Notes: a model not told the origin generated them from the letters alone. 64,000 nt of DNA from an uncultured Eubacteriales bacterium (GCA_900555665.1 USLX01000001.1:2689-66688); one strand, 5' to 3'. Counted from the stretch's first letter, positions 1 to 10,069 are shown. Numbers and translations are program-made.

Positions 1-1290
1 GATCGTTTCCAATGTGTGCGTCGTATCCGTGTTATTAAATGTAAAGATGTGATATCCACTCGCATCCTCTGACTTCTCAAATTGAATTTCAGAGAGGGGA
101 ATCCGAATCGTCTGAACACCAGTATCCTGATAAAACGCAGCATAACCAATGGTCATACTTCCTTCATGAAGTGTGATTTCTGAGATATGCGGGCATTCTG
201 CAAATGCATAAGTATCGATTTTTTTCAGAGAATCCGGGAATGTCAACTCACCGCTGATGCCTGACCCTTTAAAAGCGGAACTACCGATTGTTTCCAAACC
301 TTGTCCAAAAGTCACGGTTGCCAACTGCTTGCAATTCTCAAATGCGCGGTCGCCGATTGTCTTCACGCTGTCCGAAAAAGAAACAGAAGTAAATTTCAGT
401 CCCTTGAATATAGCAGCCGGGAACTCCTCGATCTGCGCTTGGAAGTCCAGTTTCCCATTAAAGCCCGTGCTTGCAAAGGCGTTCTCGCCAATCGTCGTTA
501 CAGACGCAGGAATAACAAGATCGCCCGTCATTGTAGCGCATTTATAAAAAGCAGATACACCAATCTCTTTTACACTGTTTCCAAGGTTCAGCGAAGTGAA
601 ACCGGTTCCCTCAAATGCAGACCGCCCAATGGTCTGCACACTATCCGGAATCACTAATTCGCCGGTGACTTTAGCACAGCCATTCATCGCAAAGTCATTG
701 ATAGTCGTGACCGTGCTCGGAATGGTAAAATCACCAGCGCAGTCCTGCGACACCTGATAGAGTGTGGTCTTGTTCTTGCTGTAAAGGACTTTGCCGCCTC
801 CCTCGCTGCAAAGATACGGGCTGTTTGCGTCAACATTGACAACAAATGTACCATAAAAGGCAGTCGCACCAAGCTCCCGCACACTGGCCGGAAGCGTGGT
901 CTCGATGGTATTACAGTTCCAGAACGCATTCGTGCCAATGGAAATGACCGTAGCGGGGATTTTCACTTCAGTAACACTTGCCTGTAAAAATGCATTATTG
1001 CCAATATGCGTCAGGCCATTCGGAAGGACGATCGTATTGATCTTCTCGCGATCAGCTTTGTTTGTTCCAAGCGCCGTATGCCAAGGCGCTTTGCCGACAG
1101 CATAATCCGCCATATCGCCAGAACCGGAGATGGTCAGGGTGTAGGTCGCGCCATCTTCGTGCTGTGTCAGCGTCCATGTGAGGGCGTCGCCGCAGGAGCC
1201 AGTGACCGGGTCAGCCGCCAGGGCCGTGGCGGGCAGCAGCGCCAGCAGCATCACCAATGTCAGAAGACACGCCAAAAGTCGTTTTTTCAT
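1..1290 (-). CDS. Secreted BspA-type leucine-rich-repeat surface protein (3' end runs off window)
   Basis: Absent from the ORF track because there is no stop in the window. ATG at 1290 with GGAGG RBS. Translation MKKRLLACLLTLVMLLALLPATALAADPVTGSCGDALTWTL... then repeated IPxSVxTIGxxAF units, open for 430 codons to base 1. Confidence 0.9.
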   Translation of the reverse strand, partial: MKKRLLACLLTLVMLLALLPATALAADPVTGSCGDALTWTLTQHEDGATYTLTISGSGDMADYAVGKAPWHTALGTNKADREKINTIVLPNGLTHIGNNAFLQASVTEVKIPATVISIGTNAFWNCNTIETTLPASVRELGATAFYGTFVVNVDANSPYLCSEGGGKVLYSKNKTTLYQVSQDCAGDFTIPSTVTTINDFAMNGCAKVTGELVIPDSVQTIGRSAFEGTGFTSLNLGNSVKEIGVSAFYKCATMTGDLVIPASVTTIGENAFASTGFNGKLDFQAQIEEFPAAIFKGLKFTSVSFSDSVKTIGDRAFENCKQLATVTFGQGLETIGSSAFKGSGISGELTFPDSLKKIDTYAFAECPHISEITLHEGSMTIGYAAFYQDTGVQTIRIPLSEIQFEKSEDASGYHIFTFNNTDTTHTLETI

Positions 1291-1475
1291 GACTGTTTCC
1301 TCCATGATGTATGAATTTGCTCCATGCACGTGCATGGAAAGAGGGCCATGGCCCTCTTTATTACCACCTGTATTTTACCATATCTGGATGTTGCTATCAA
1401 TAGATTTTTTGCTTTTCTACGCAAAAAATGCGGGGGAAAGGGAGCGGGGGAGGCGGGCGAAGTGCCGCGGAAGAC

Positions 1476-1691
1476 CGAGGGCCTTAATCCCCTCAGTCGC
1501 GGCAAGCCGCGCCAAATGCCTGCGGGCATTCCGGGGCGCGGCTCTGACATGCCACCGGCATGTCATTCACTCCCGCGCCCCCGCTTCGCGGCCCCTTGAT
1601 GCAATCGAGGGGAGCCTTTGTCCGCTGCGGCGGGGTTCTCCCCCTGTCTGCGCGGAGCGCAGACAGCCCCCTCTTGGTAGAGGGGGCCTTT
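1476..1691. repeat. Composite REP-like two-hairpin repeat cluster R1 with nested inserts
   Basis: 1476-1620 matches the reverse complement of 48578-48649 apart from a ~77-nt insert. 1621-1691 matches units at 10137, 17857 and 49762. Confidence 0.85.
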
Positions 1692-1699
1692 CTATGGGG

Positions 1700-3664
1700 T
1701 TATTCGAGCTCGAAGGCGCCGGTATAGAGTTGGTAATAGGTGCCGTGCTGGGCGATGAGGTCGTCGTGCGTGCCGCGCTCGATGATGCGTCCGTGGTCGA
1801 GGACCATGATTGCGTCGCTGTTGCGGACCGTGGACAGGCGGTGCGCGATGACAAAGACCGTCCGGCCCTTCATCAGCGCATCCATGCCGCGCTGGACGAG
1901 CGATTCGGTGCGCGTGTCGATGGAACTGGTTGCCTCGTCGAGAATCATGACCGGGGGATCGGCAACGGCCGCGCGCGCGATGGAGAGCAGCTGCCGCTGA
2001 CCCTGCGAGAGGTTCGCGCCGTTGGACGTCAGCATTGTATTGTAGCCCTCGGGCAGGCGCGTGATGAAATCGTGCGCGTTGGCGAGCTTGGCGGCGTTGA
2101 TGCAGTCTTCATCGCTGGCGTCGAGCTTGCCGTAGCGAATGTTGTCCATGACCGTGCCGGTGAAGAGGTTGACGTCCTGCAGGACGATGCCGAGCGAGTG
2201 GCGCAGATCGGCCTTTTTGATGCGGTTGATGTTGACGCCGTCATATTTGATCTTGCCGTCGGCGATGTCGTAGAAGCGGTTGATGAGGTTTGTGATGGTC
2301 GTCTTGCCCGCGCCGGTCGCGCCGACGAAGGCCAGCTTCTGGCCGGGTTCGGCGTAAAGCGAGATATCATGCAGGACGGTTTTATCCGGCTCATAGCCAA
2401 AATCAACCCCGAAGAAGCGGACGTCGCCGCGCAGCTCCATGAGGGTGATTTGCCCATCGCGGGGCGGATATTTCCAGGCCCACGTCCCGGTACGCTCGGC
2501 ACACTCGGTCAGGCTGCCGTCCGCGTTTTTGCGGCAGCGGACGAGCGTGACGTCGCCGTCGTCGGTTTCGGGCTGTTCGTCGAGCAGCTCGAAGATCCGC
2601 CCTGCGCCGGCGATGGCCATGACAACCGCGTTGATCTGGTCGGAGACGCGGGAGATATTGCCCGTGAACTGCTTCGTCATGCCGAGGAACGACGCAATGA
2701 CCGGGATGGAGAGCACGCCGACGAGCGTGCCGGTGTGGAAGAGGGTTTCAAAGGAAAGATTCGGCACGGAGCCGCCCGAGCAGACCAGCAGGCCGCCGAC
2801 AAAGGCCGTGAGCGTATAGAGGATGTTGCCGATGTTGTTCATGATGGGCATGAAGATGTTCGCAAAGCGGTTGGCATTGCGGGAATCCTGGAAGAGCTGG
2901 TCATTGAGGCGGTCAAAATCGGCCTCTGCGGCCTGTTCGTGGCAGAAGACCTGCACGACCTTCTGGCCGTTCATCATCTCTTCAATATATCCTTCGGCTT
3001 TGGCAAGCGACTTTTGCTGCCGGACGAAGAAGGAGGCGGATTTGCCGCCGATGGACTTCGTCACGCGCGTCATTGCGAAAATGCCGAGCAGCACGATCAG
3101 CATCAGCGGGACGGAATAGTAGAGCATGATGAAGATCAGGCCGATGCACATGAGCCCCGAGGAGAACAGCTGCGGCAGGCTCTGCGAGATGAGCTGGCGG
3201 AGCGTGTCGGTATCGTTGGTGTAGTAGCTCATGATGTCGCCGCGCGAGTTCTGGTCGAAATAGCGGATGGGGAGCGTCTGCATCTTCGAGAACATGCGGG
3301 TACGGGTGTTGTGCAGGAAGCCCTGCGTGACGTCCGCCATCAGCTGCGTATAGACGCCCGCGCAGACGACGCTGACAGAGTAGAGCAGAACCATCAGGAG
3401 GACGGCCTGAATCATGTTCGGCAGGATCGCGTCCCAGCCGGTGGTGAGGCCGGTCTCGATGTAGCTTGTGATGGTCTTGACGAAGATCGTCGGCGTGATG
3501 CCGATGACGGCGTTGAGCGCGATGCAGACCACAACGGCCGTCAGCTTGCCGGGATAGTCGTGGAAGAGCATGCCCATCAGGCGGCGGAAGGCCTTCCCGT
3601 CGACCTTCTGCCCGCCTGCGAAGCCGCGCGGGCCGCCCTTGCGGGGCATTCTGTTATTCGCCAT
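1700..3664 (-). CDS. ABC exporter, fused permease/ATP-binding subunit (heterodimer partner 2)
   Basis: TM domain, GATGAGKT Walker A, LSQGQRQ signature, ILDEATS. Start moved to MANNRM at 3664 (GGAGG RBS). Confidence 0.93.
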   Translation of the reverse strand: MANNRMPRKGGPRGFAGGQKVDGKAFRRLMGMLFHDYPGKLTAVVVCIALNAVIGITPTIFVKTITSYIETGLTTGWDAILPNMIQAVLLMVLLYSVSVVCAGVYTQLMADVTQGFLHNTRTRMFSKMQTLPIRYFDQNSRGDIMSYYTNDTDTLRQLISQSLPQLFSSGLMCIGLIFIMLYYSVPLMLIVLLGIFAMTRVTKSIGGKSASFFVRQQKSLAKAEGYIEEMMNGQKVVQVFCHEQAAEADFDRLNDQLFQDSRNANRFANIFMPIMNNIGNILYTLTAFVGGLLVCSGGSVPNLSFETLFHTGTLVGVLSIPVIASFLGMTKQFTGNISRVSDQINAVVMAIAGAGRIFELLDEQPETDDGDVTLVRCRKNADGSLTECAERTGTWAWKYPPRDGQITLMELRGDVRFFGVDFGYEPDKTVLHDISLYAEPGQKLAFVGATGAGKTTITNLINRFYDIADGKIKYDGVNINRIKKADLRHSLGIVLQDVNLFTGTVMDNIRYGKLDASDEDCINAAKLANAHDFITRLPEGYNTMLTSNGANLSQGQRQLLSIARAAVADPPVMILDEATSSIDTRTESLVQRGMDALMKGRTVFVIAHRLSTVRNSDAIMVLDHGRIIERGTHDDLIAQHGTYYQLYTGAFELE

Positions 3665-5399
3665 CGTCCGCGCCTCCTCTCGTCTGGGATTCATAGACCT
3701 CGCGGTAGATCTGGTTCGTTTGCAGCAGCGCCTCGTGCGTGCCAAGGCCGTCGATGCGGCCGTTTTCCATCACGACGATCAGGTCTGCGTCCTGCACGGA
3801 CGCGATGCGCTGCGCGATGATGATCTTCGTCGTCTCGGGGATCTCGGTGGCAAACGCCTGTCGGATGAGGGCGTCCGTCTTCGTGTCGACGGCGGATGTC
3901 GAATCGTCCAGGATCAGCACCTTCGGCTTTTTCAGCAGCGCCCGCGCGATGCACAGCCGCTGCTTCTGTCCGCCGGAGACGTTCGTGCCGCCCTGTTCGA
4001 TGTAGGTGTCGTAGCCATCGGGGAAGGAACGGACAAAGTCGTCCGCCTGCGCGAGGCGGCAGGCGCGGACAAGGTCGTCATCGGTCGCGTCCGGGTCGCC
4101 CCAGCGGAGGTTCTCTTTGATCGTGCCGGAGAAGAGCACATTCTTTTGCAGTACCACGGCTACCTGATTGCGAAGCGCCTCAATGTCGTACTCGCGCACG
4201 TCATGCCCGCCGACGCGGACCGAGCCTTCGGTTGCATCGTAGAGGCGGGAGATGAGCTGGATGAGGCTCGTCTTGGAAGAGCCGGTGCCGCCAAGGATAC
4301 CGACGGTTGCGCCGGAGGGGATATGCAGGTCGATGTCTTCCAACGCCATACGCTCGGCTTTGGCGGAGTATCTGAAGCTGACGTGCTCAAAATCGACTGC
4401 GCCGTTTGCAACCTCCAGAAGCGGAGCGGCGGGATTTTGAAGGTCGGATTCTGTGTCCAGCACTTCGGCGATACGCTTGGCCGAGGCCGAGGCCATTGTC
4501 ACCATGACAAAGATCATCGAGAGCATCATCAGGCTCATCAGGATGGACATGGAGTAGGTGATCATACTGGTCAGCGTGCCGACGTTGAGATAGGTGCCGC
4601 CGGACTGGACAATGAGCTTGGCAGCAAAATAGCAGATCAGGATGCGCGACATGTAGACGCAGAACTGCATGAGCGGTGTATTCGTGGCGAGAATTTTTTC
4701 GGCCTTCAGGAAATCCTTGCGGACATCGTCGGAGGCGGCGGTGAATTTTTCTGTCTCATAGTCTTCGCGTACGAAGCTCTTTACCACGCGCATAGCCTGG
4801 ACGTTTTCCTGCACGGAGTTATTCAGCCGGTCGTACTTTTTAAAAACGGCCTTGAACAGCGGCATGGCAAACTTCATCATGAGAATCAGACCGAAGCCGA
4901 GGATCGGGATGGCTGCGGCAAAGATGAAGGCAAGCTGCTTGCCGACCTTGATGGACATGATGACCGAAAAGATGAGCATCAGCGGCGCACGGACGGCCGT
5001 GCGAATGATCATCATAAATGCTTGCTGCACGTTGGAGACGTCGGTCGTCAGGCGAGTGACGAGAGAGGACGTCGAAAATTGGTCGATGTTGGCGAAGGAA
5101 AAGCTCTGTACGCGGTAAAACAGATCATGCCGGAGATTTTTTGCAAAGCCCGTCGATGCGGCGGCGCAGAACCAGCCGGAAGCCATGCCGAAGCCGAGGG
5201 ACAAAAAGGCCAGCACCAGCAGGCGGATGCCGTAGTGAAAAATGACGTCGCGGCTGCATCCGGCCTGGATTTGGTTGACAAGCTGCGCGGTGTAGAGCGG
5301 GATGATGCACTCGCATACCACTTCGCCGATCATCAAAAGCGGCGTCAGGATCGTGTCGCGCCGGTATTCCCGGATGCAGGCGGCCAGACGTTTGATCAT
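3654..5399 (-). CDS. ABC exporter, fused permease/ATP-binding subunit (degenerate-site partner)
   Basis: GGTGSSKT, VSGGQKQ, ILDDSTS and AQR: the degenerate NBD typical of heterodimeric exporters. Confidence 0.93.
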   Translation of the reverse strand: MIKRLAACIREYRRDTILTPLLMIGEVVCECIIPLYTAQLVNQIQAGCSRDVIFHYGIRLLVLAFLSLGFGMASGWFCAAASTGFAKNLRHDLFYRVQSFSFANIDQFSTSSLVTRLTTDVSNVQQAFMMIIRTAVRAPLMLIFSVIMSIKVGKQLAFIFAAAIPILGFGLILMMKFAMPLFKAVFKKYDRLNNSVQENVQAMRVVKSFVREDYETEKFTAASDDVRKDFLKAEKILATNTPLMQFCVYMSRILICYFAAKLIVQSGGTYLNVGTLTSMITYSMSILMSLMMLSMIFVMVTMASASAKRIAEVLDTESDLQNPAAPLLEVANGAVDFEHVSFRYSAKAERMALEDIDLHIPSGATVGILGGTGSSKTSLIQLISRLYDATEGSVRVGGHDVREYDIEALRNQVAVVLQKNVLFSGTIKENLRWGDPDATDDDLVRACRLAQADDFVRSFPDGYDTYIEQGGTNVSGGQKQRLCIARALLKKPKVLILDDSTSAVDTKTDALIRQAFATEIPETTKIIIAQRIASVQDADLIVVMENGRIDGLGTHEALLQTNQIYREVYESQTRGGADDGE

Positions 5400-5845
5400 G
5401 GGATTTCTACCTCCTTACCTTCCGAGAGATTGACAATGGCCCGGTCGAGCAGGGTGAGCAGAGATTGCACCTCGTCGGGGGAAAAGCCCTGCAGGGTCTG
5501 CTGCTCCAAGTCGTGAAAGACCTGATGGATCTCTTTGTGGCACTGTTCGGCGCGCACGGTGGGCTCGATGCGCTTGCAGCGCCGGTCGTCCGGATCCGGT
5601 GAGCAGACGATAAAGCCCTTTGCCTCCAGCCGGGCCAGCAGACCGGACACCGTCGGGTGCGTCAGGTGGAAGCGCTGCTCAAGATCCTTTGGATAGACGA
5701 CCTCGCCGCGATGCTCCTCCAGATAGCGCAGGACATAGGACTGCATGGCCGTGAGATCCATGGCGGTGAATTTCTGGTCGACGCGCTGTTTGCCCGCCTG
5801 ATCGAGCAGGCGGAAGCGCCGGAATAGAAACAGATTTTCTTCCAT
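5396..5845 (-). CDS. MarR family transcriptional regulator
   Basis: LTHPTVSGLLARLEAKGFI...DRR winged-helix motif. Likely start MEENLF at 5845. Confidence 0.9.
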   Translation of the reverse strand: MEENLFLFRRFRLLDQAGKQRVDQKFTAMDLTAMQSYVLRYLEEHRGEVVYPKDLEQRFHLTHPTVSGLLARLEAKGFIVCSPDPDDRRCKRIEPTVRAEQCHKEIHQVFHDLEQQTLQGFSPDEVQSLLTLLDRAIVNLSEGKEVEIP

Positions 5846-5867
5846 TGCGGATACCTCAAACAAAAAA

Positions 5868-5928
5868 GTAGCGTGCGACGTATTTTAGGTCGCACGCTAC
5901 ATTTTAGCAGATTCCCCGGAAAATGCAA
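5868..5928 (-). promoter_or_regulatory. SigA-like promoter with perfect 12-bp inverted repeat (probable MarR operator)
   Basis: TTGCAT-16-TAAAAT on the minus strand, followed immediately by GTAGCGTGCGAC-N9-GTCGCACGCTAC (5868-5900). Confidence 0.6.
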
Positions 5929-5986
5929 GGGGGAAGCATGAAGTTTTTGCACAAGAAATATCAACATATTTTGTGTAAAATCACGA

Positions 5987-7066
5987 TTACGGAAGCAGCA
6001 TCCGATAGAGTGCGCGGGGAGAGATGGTGTTGCGGGAGAAAATACGCTGCAGCAGGCGAAGGTTTTCCTCGGAGTGCTCCACCTCTTTGCAATAGAGACT
6101 GACCACGGGCTGCAGCTCATCCGGTGTCAGTGCGCCCGCCGCGCCGCAGAGATAGCGGAGCGAGAGGAGATGAAAGATGCAGCTCTCGGCCCGGGGCAGC
6201 AGCTGCCCGTCGTTTACGGCCTTGAGCACATAGCGGAAGAGGAAATAGACCAGAAGGTTTTCTGCCTGCAGAGGGAAGCGGGTGTCGAAGCTGTCCGGCG
6301 GCTCGGCGTGGTTGGCACGGTCGAGAAGCCAAGGGAAGCGGGTCGTCAGATGTTCCATGTTGCGCAGCACCATCCAGCAGGGGAAAAACGGTGCCCGGGG
6401 GCGCATCCGCCGCCGCACGAGGGCCAGCTGGCGCGGTGAAAGTGCTTCAAATTCACGGCAGAGCGCGGGGATGGGGCCGTAGTGCGCGGCGTCCAGCAGG
6501 GGCTGTACGCGCTCTGCGAGGCGGAGGATGAGGCCAAGACGGTCCGGCAAGGCAAGCGACCGGGTTTGCGCCAAACGGATCATGGCCGTGCGCACCCGCC
6601 GGAGGGCGAGATAGAGCGCGGGATCGAGGTCGTTCGGTGTGACGGGTGCGTCCAGCTCGGTTTCCGTCAGGTGCAGCGGCGACGTGTGGGACAAAAGCAG
6701 ACGGGCCGCGCCGGGACAGGAGAGCGCGAGCGTCAGCTCCCGCGTCGCACCGTATTCCTCCCAAAAGCGGGGGTGCGTCCGGCAGGTGCGGCAGAGGGCT
6801 TCTTCGCCGCAGGCGCACTGGATGGGGCAGAGCCCATCCGGGCGCAGCAGCGCGCAGTGTCCGTCTACCAGCCGCCACACGGCCTCTCCCTCGGGGGTGA
6901 CGGTGATGGCAGCGCGCACCTGCTCACCGAGCGGGCCGGGAAGCGCGCGGTAACGGGCGACGTCGGCCTCGTCCAGAATGATCTCCCAATCCTTGCAGCA
7001 GGTGTCCGGGCAGGCTCCGGCCAGACACGAAAACTGCGCGGTATAGTCCAGTGAGACCTGCTTCAT
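5987..7066 (-). CDS. fliB: FliB-family flagellin lysine-N-methylase-like protein
   Basis: FSCLAGACPDTCCKDWEI, CALLRPDGLCPIQ, LCRTCRTHPR, LSCP and C-terminal KEVEHSEEN motifs. Confidence 0.75.
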   Translation of the reverse strand: MKQVSLDYTAQFSCLAGACPDTCCKDWEIILDEADVARYRALPGPLGEQVRAAITVTPEGEAVWRLVDGHCALLRPDGLCPIQCACGEEALCRTCRTHPRFWEEYGATRELTLALSCPGAARLLLSHTSPLHLTETELDAPVTPNDLDPALYLALRRVRTAMIRLAQTRSLALPDRLGLILRLAERVQPLLDAAHYGPIPALCREFEALSPRQLALVRRRMRPRAPFFPCWMVLRNMEHLTTRFPWLLDRANHAEPPDSFDTRFPLQAENLLVYFLFRYVLKAVNDGQLLPRAESCIFHLLSLRYLCGAAGALTPDELQPVVSLYCKEVEHSEENLRLLQRIFSRNTISPRALYRMLLP

Positions 7067-7190
7067 GGTAATTCCTCCGTTTCAGTTTGATAAAAATATA
7101 AGGTTTTATGTAAATTGCCAAATTGCCTTTCCGGCCGCCGTGTGCTATACTGTCCAAGCACGCAAAAAAAGTCGAATATAGGAGCTTTCC

Positions 7191-8126
7191 ATGAAAAAAC
7201 TAAAACAAACCTATCTTCATAGCGCGCGTATTCAGGGTGCGGTGCTGTTGATGCTGATGATTGTGGGGTCCATCTGGGATCTGCCGATTTCAAAATTTCT
7301 CTATCCGGGGCGCGAGAGCAGCTTTGGGCAATTTTTCGCCGCGTTTGGCGAGCTCCCGGCGTTTCTTGCGATGACAAGCGCGGGGATTTTGCTCTTTGTC
7401 CATCGCAAGCGGCTGCGCAGAAGCTGGAATGTGCTGTTTATCGCGGCATCTGCCGTGTTGGTGCTGGGCGGCGTGGTTCTTTCCATCCATGAGGCGCGGG
7501 ATAACGTTCCGGCGATGCCTGTTTGGGTGGCGGCGCTGGTGACGGTGTTTGCTGCGGCACTGGTCGGGGGGCTGCTTCTGCTTGCAACCAAGGGTTGCCA
7601 GACGAAGACGCTGCTTCGCTTTATCTTCGCGCTGGCCTTCGTCTCGATTGGGACGATGTTCCTCATCAACATGATTAAGATTCCATGGGGGCGGCCGCGG
7701 ATGCGGCTGATCCTCTCAACGGGAAATGAGAGTTACTTCCAGCCCTGGTGGAAGCTTGGCAGCGGATTGAAGGCCAAGCTCATTGCCGAGGGCGTTGCGC
7801 CGGATGAGTTCCGTTCGTTTCCCTCGGGGCATACGGGCTGCGCGGCCTGCGGCATGCTGGCCATTTTGCTGCCCACAGTCTGCAAGTGCCTGCGCGGGAA
7901 GGAGCGGGTCTGCCTGATCGCCGGTGCGGTCTGGACGGCGGCGGTTGCCTTCTCCCGGCTGATGATGGGCGCACACTTTCTCACCGATGTGACTGCCGCG
8001 ACGGCCATTACGCTCGGTGCTGCGTGGCTCGGGATCTGGCTCTGTTATTTCAACGGCAAGTTTTTCCGCACGGTTTGGGGGCTGCTTGCAGAGCCCGGCG
8101 CGAACAATAAAAATTCGGAAACCTGA
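7191..8126 (+). CDS. PAP2-family membrane phosphatase
   Basis: KIPWGRPR, SFPSGH and SRLMMGAHFLTDV catalytic motifs; multiple TM segments. Confidence 0.9.
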   Translation: MKKLKQTYLHSARIQGAVLLMLMIVGSIWDLPISKFLYPGRESSFGQFFAAFGELPAFLAMTSAGILLFVHRKRLRRSWNVLFIAASAVLVLGGVVLSIHEARDNVPAMPVWVAALVTVFAAALVGGLLLLATKGCQTKTLLRFIFALAFVSIGTMFLINMIKIPWGRPRMRLILSTGNESYFQPWWKLGSGLKAKLIAEGVAPDEFRSFPSGHTGCAACGMLAILLPTVCKCLRGKERVCLIAGAVWTAAVAFSRLMMGAHFLTDVTAATAITLGAAWLGIWLCYFNGKFFRTVWGLLAEPGANNKNSET

Positions 8127-8156
8127 GGGTTTCCGAATTTTTTATGCGACGAGGAA

Positions 8157-8212
8157 AGACCTCTCTCCCCGCAGGCCGCTGCGCGGCCCCTGGGCGCAGA
8201 CAAGGGGAGCTG
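8157..8212. repeat. Degenerate REP-like hairpin unit R2 between convergent genes
   Basis: CCTCTCTCCCC...AAGGGGAGCTGT resembles the unit at 48581-48612. Confidence 0.45.
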
Positions 8213-8224
8213 TTTGCGGAGGAT

Positions 8225-9103
8225 TCATTGTGCAGCCAATGTGGCTTTGCGTTTGCGCAGACCTTCGAGCAGGATACGGTGCGCCCGGTCGCCAACCTCG
8301 ACGGTTCGCTGCTCCGCAAATTGCTCCGGCGGGATGACATCCAGAACGTCGAGATAGACGTCGGTATGCCGGCGGAACATGTTTTTCAGGATGGCCTTGG
8401 AGTTGACCAGCGCACAGATCACAATCGGCACCTGCGCCTTCTGTGCGACCTTAAACGCGCCGTTGCGGAAGGGGAGCAGATCCTCCTCGGTGCGGTTTGT
8501 GCCGCCCTCGGGGAAGACGGCAATGGAGCATTTATCCTCTTTGATAAACTGGATGGCCTTGAGAATGGCCTTGAGCGCTTCGCGGTCGTTTTCCCGGTCG
8601 AGCGGGAGGCAGAGCACCTCGCGCATGATCTGCGCGACAACGAAGATGGAAAAGCTCTCTTTTTTCGCGAGAAACGCCAGATCTGCCCACGGCATGGCAT
8701 AGTAATAGATGAGCGGGTCAAAGGCAAAGGCGTGGTTGGAGATCAGCATGAAGCGGCTCTTCCGGGGAACCTTTTCCAGTCCCGTGACGTGGACATGCAC
8801 GCCGCCGAGGAACAGCGCCAGACGGCAGAACTGGTTGAGCATGAAGCGAAAGTATGCGCTTGGCTTTTCTACCAACTTCTTCGGGTCGACAAACAGCGTC
8901 GACACAACGAGTATCAGCAGAAACAGCAAAACCAACCCGAGCAGCAGCCCGGCCGTCAGCAGCGGAAACTGCCACAGGCAGGCCAGCGCCGAAAATCCGT
9001 TGATTGCATATTGAATTCCCGTGGCCCCCAAGAGGCTCACAGCAAGCAGCACATAGAACAAATCCGACCCAGCTTTCCGGGGCGGTGCCGCGGCGTGCGG
9101 CAC
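8225..9103 (-). CDS. plsC: 1-acyl-sn-glycerol-3-phosphate acyltransferase
   Basis: NHAFAFD (HX4D) and FPEGG motifs; N-terminal TM segments. Confidence 0.85.
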   Translation of the reverse strand: MPHAAAPPRKAGSDLFYVLLAVSLLGATGIQYAINGFSALACLWQFPLLTAGLLLGLVLLFLLILVVSTLFVDPKKLVEKPSAYFRFMLNQFCRLALFLGGVHVHVTGLEKVPRKSRFMLISNHAFAFDPLIYYYAMPWADLAFLAKKESFSIFVVAQIMREVLCLPLDRENDREALKAILKAIQFIKEDKCSIAVFPEGGTNRTEEDLLPFRNGAFKVAQKAQVPIVICALVNSKAILKNMFRRHTDVYLDVLDVIPPEQFAEQRTVEVGDRAHRILLEGLRKRKATLAAQ

Positions 9104-9183
9104 CGCCTAATTCTTAAAATCTTTTTAATATTATACAGAGTTTTTCAGGAAAGGGAAGAGGGAAAAACGGGTTCTTAAAAAGT

Positions 9184-10069
9184 TTACATCTTTTTCATGC
9201 GGCCCGGGAGTTCGCTGACTACCGCCGCACCGAGAATGCAGACCGCACCGAGGATTTCAAAGCCGTCAAGCCGCTCGTGGAGCACGAGCGCAGAGAGCAG
9301 AACGGCAGTGACGGGGTCGAGATAGCTCAGGATCGCAAGCGTCTGCGCCGGGAGATAGGCCATCGAGCCAAAATAGAGGCTATAGGCGACACCGGTATGC
9401 ACGACGCCGAGAATCAGCAGCAGCCCGAGCTGTCCGCCCGTGATATGTAGACCGACAAAATCTCCGTGCAGGATGCAGTACGGGAGGAGGACGAGCGTCG
9501 TGATGAACAGCTGCACAAGCGTGCGGTCGTAGGCGGAGGATGTCGCGAAGCTGTTTGTTGCTGAGGACGATGCAGCCGTAGAGCACGGCCGTCAGCAGGC
9601 CAAACAGGATGCCCTTTGCCTCGCCGGCGTCGGGAAGACCACTGCCTGCCACGCCGGAGACGAAGACCATGCCGACGAGCGCCACGCCGATGCAGCAAAG
9701 CTTGCGCGCGGTGAGCCGTTCGTGCATCAAAATCGCCGCACCGAAGACGATGATAATCGGGTTGAGGTAGGTGCAGAGCGTCGCAACGGCGACGCTGGTA
9801 TACCGGTAAGCTTCGAAGAGCGTCACCCAGTTGAGCCCCAGCAGCACGCCTGCGATGAGCAGTGGCTTCCAGTTGCGCCGGATGGCGGAAAAGTCGATCT
9901 TTTGCCGCTTGACGGTGAGCAGAAGGAGCAGAAAGAGCGTACCGATGCTGCTTCGAGCGAGGGCCACGAGCGCCGAGGGCTGCGCGGCATAGCGGACGAA
10001 CACGCCGAGCGTGCCGTAGATCAGGATTGCCGATAAAAAGGCGAGCTTTGCGGTTTTGGGACTGTTCAT
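9184..10069 (-). pseudogene. DMT/EamA-family transporter split by a +1 frameshift (or sequencing error)
   Basis: N-half MNSPKTAKLAF...KQLRDI continues as SAYDRTLVQLFITT...YLDPVTAV if one base of the GG at 9538-9539 is removed. Confidence 0.8.

Noticed and set aside
7089..7116. TTATGTAAATT resembles the XerD arm of a dif site
   Set aside because: No matching XerC arm at 6-bp spacing, far from the skew switch, and located in a divergent promoter region.
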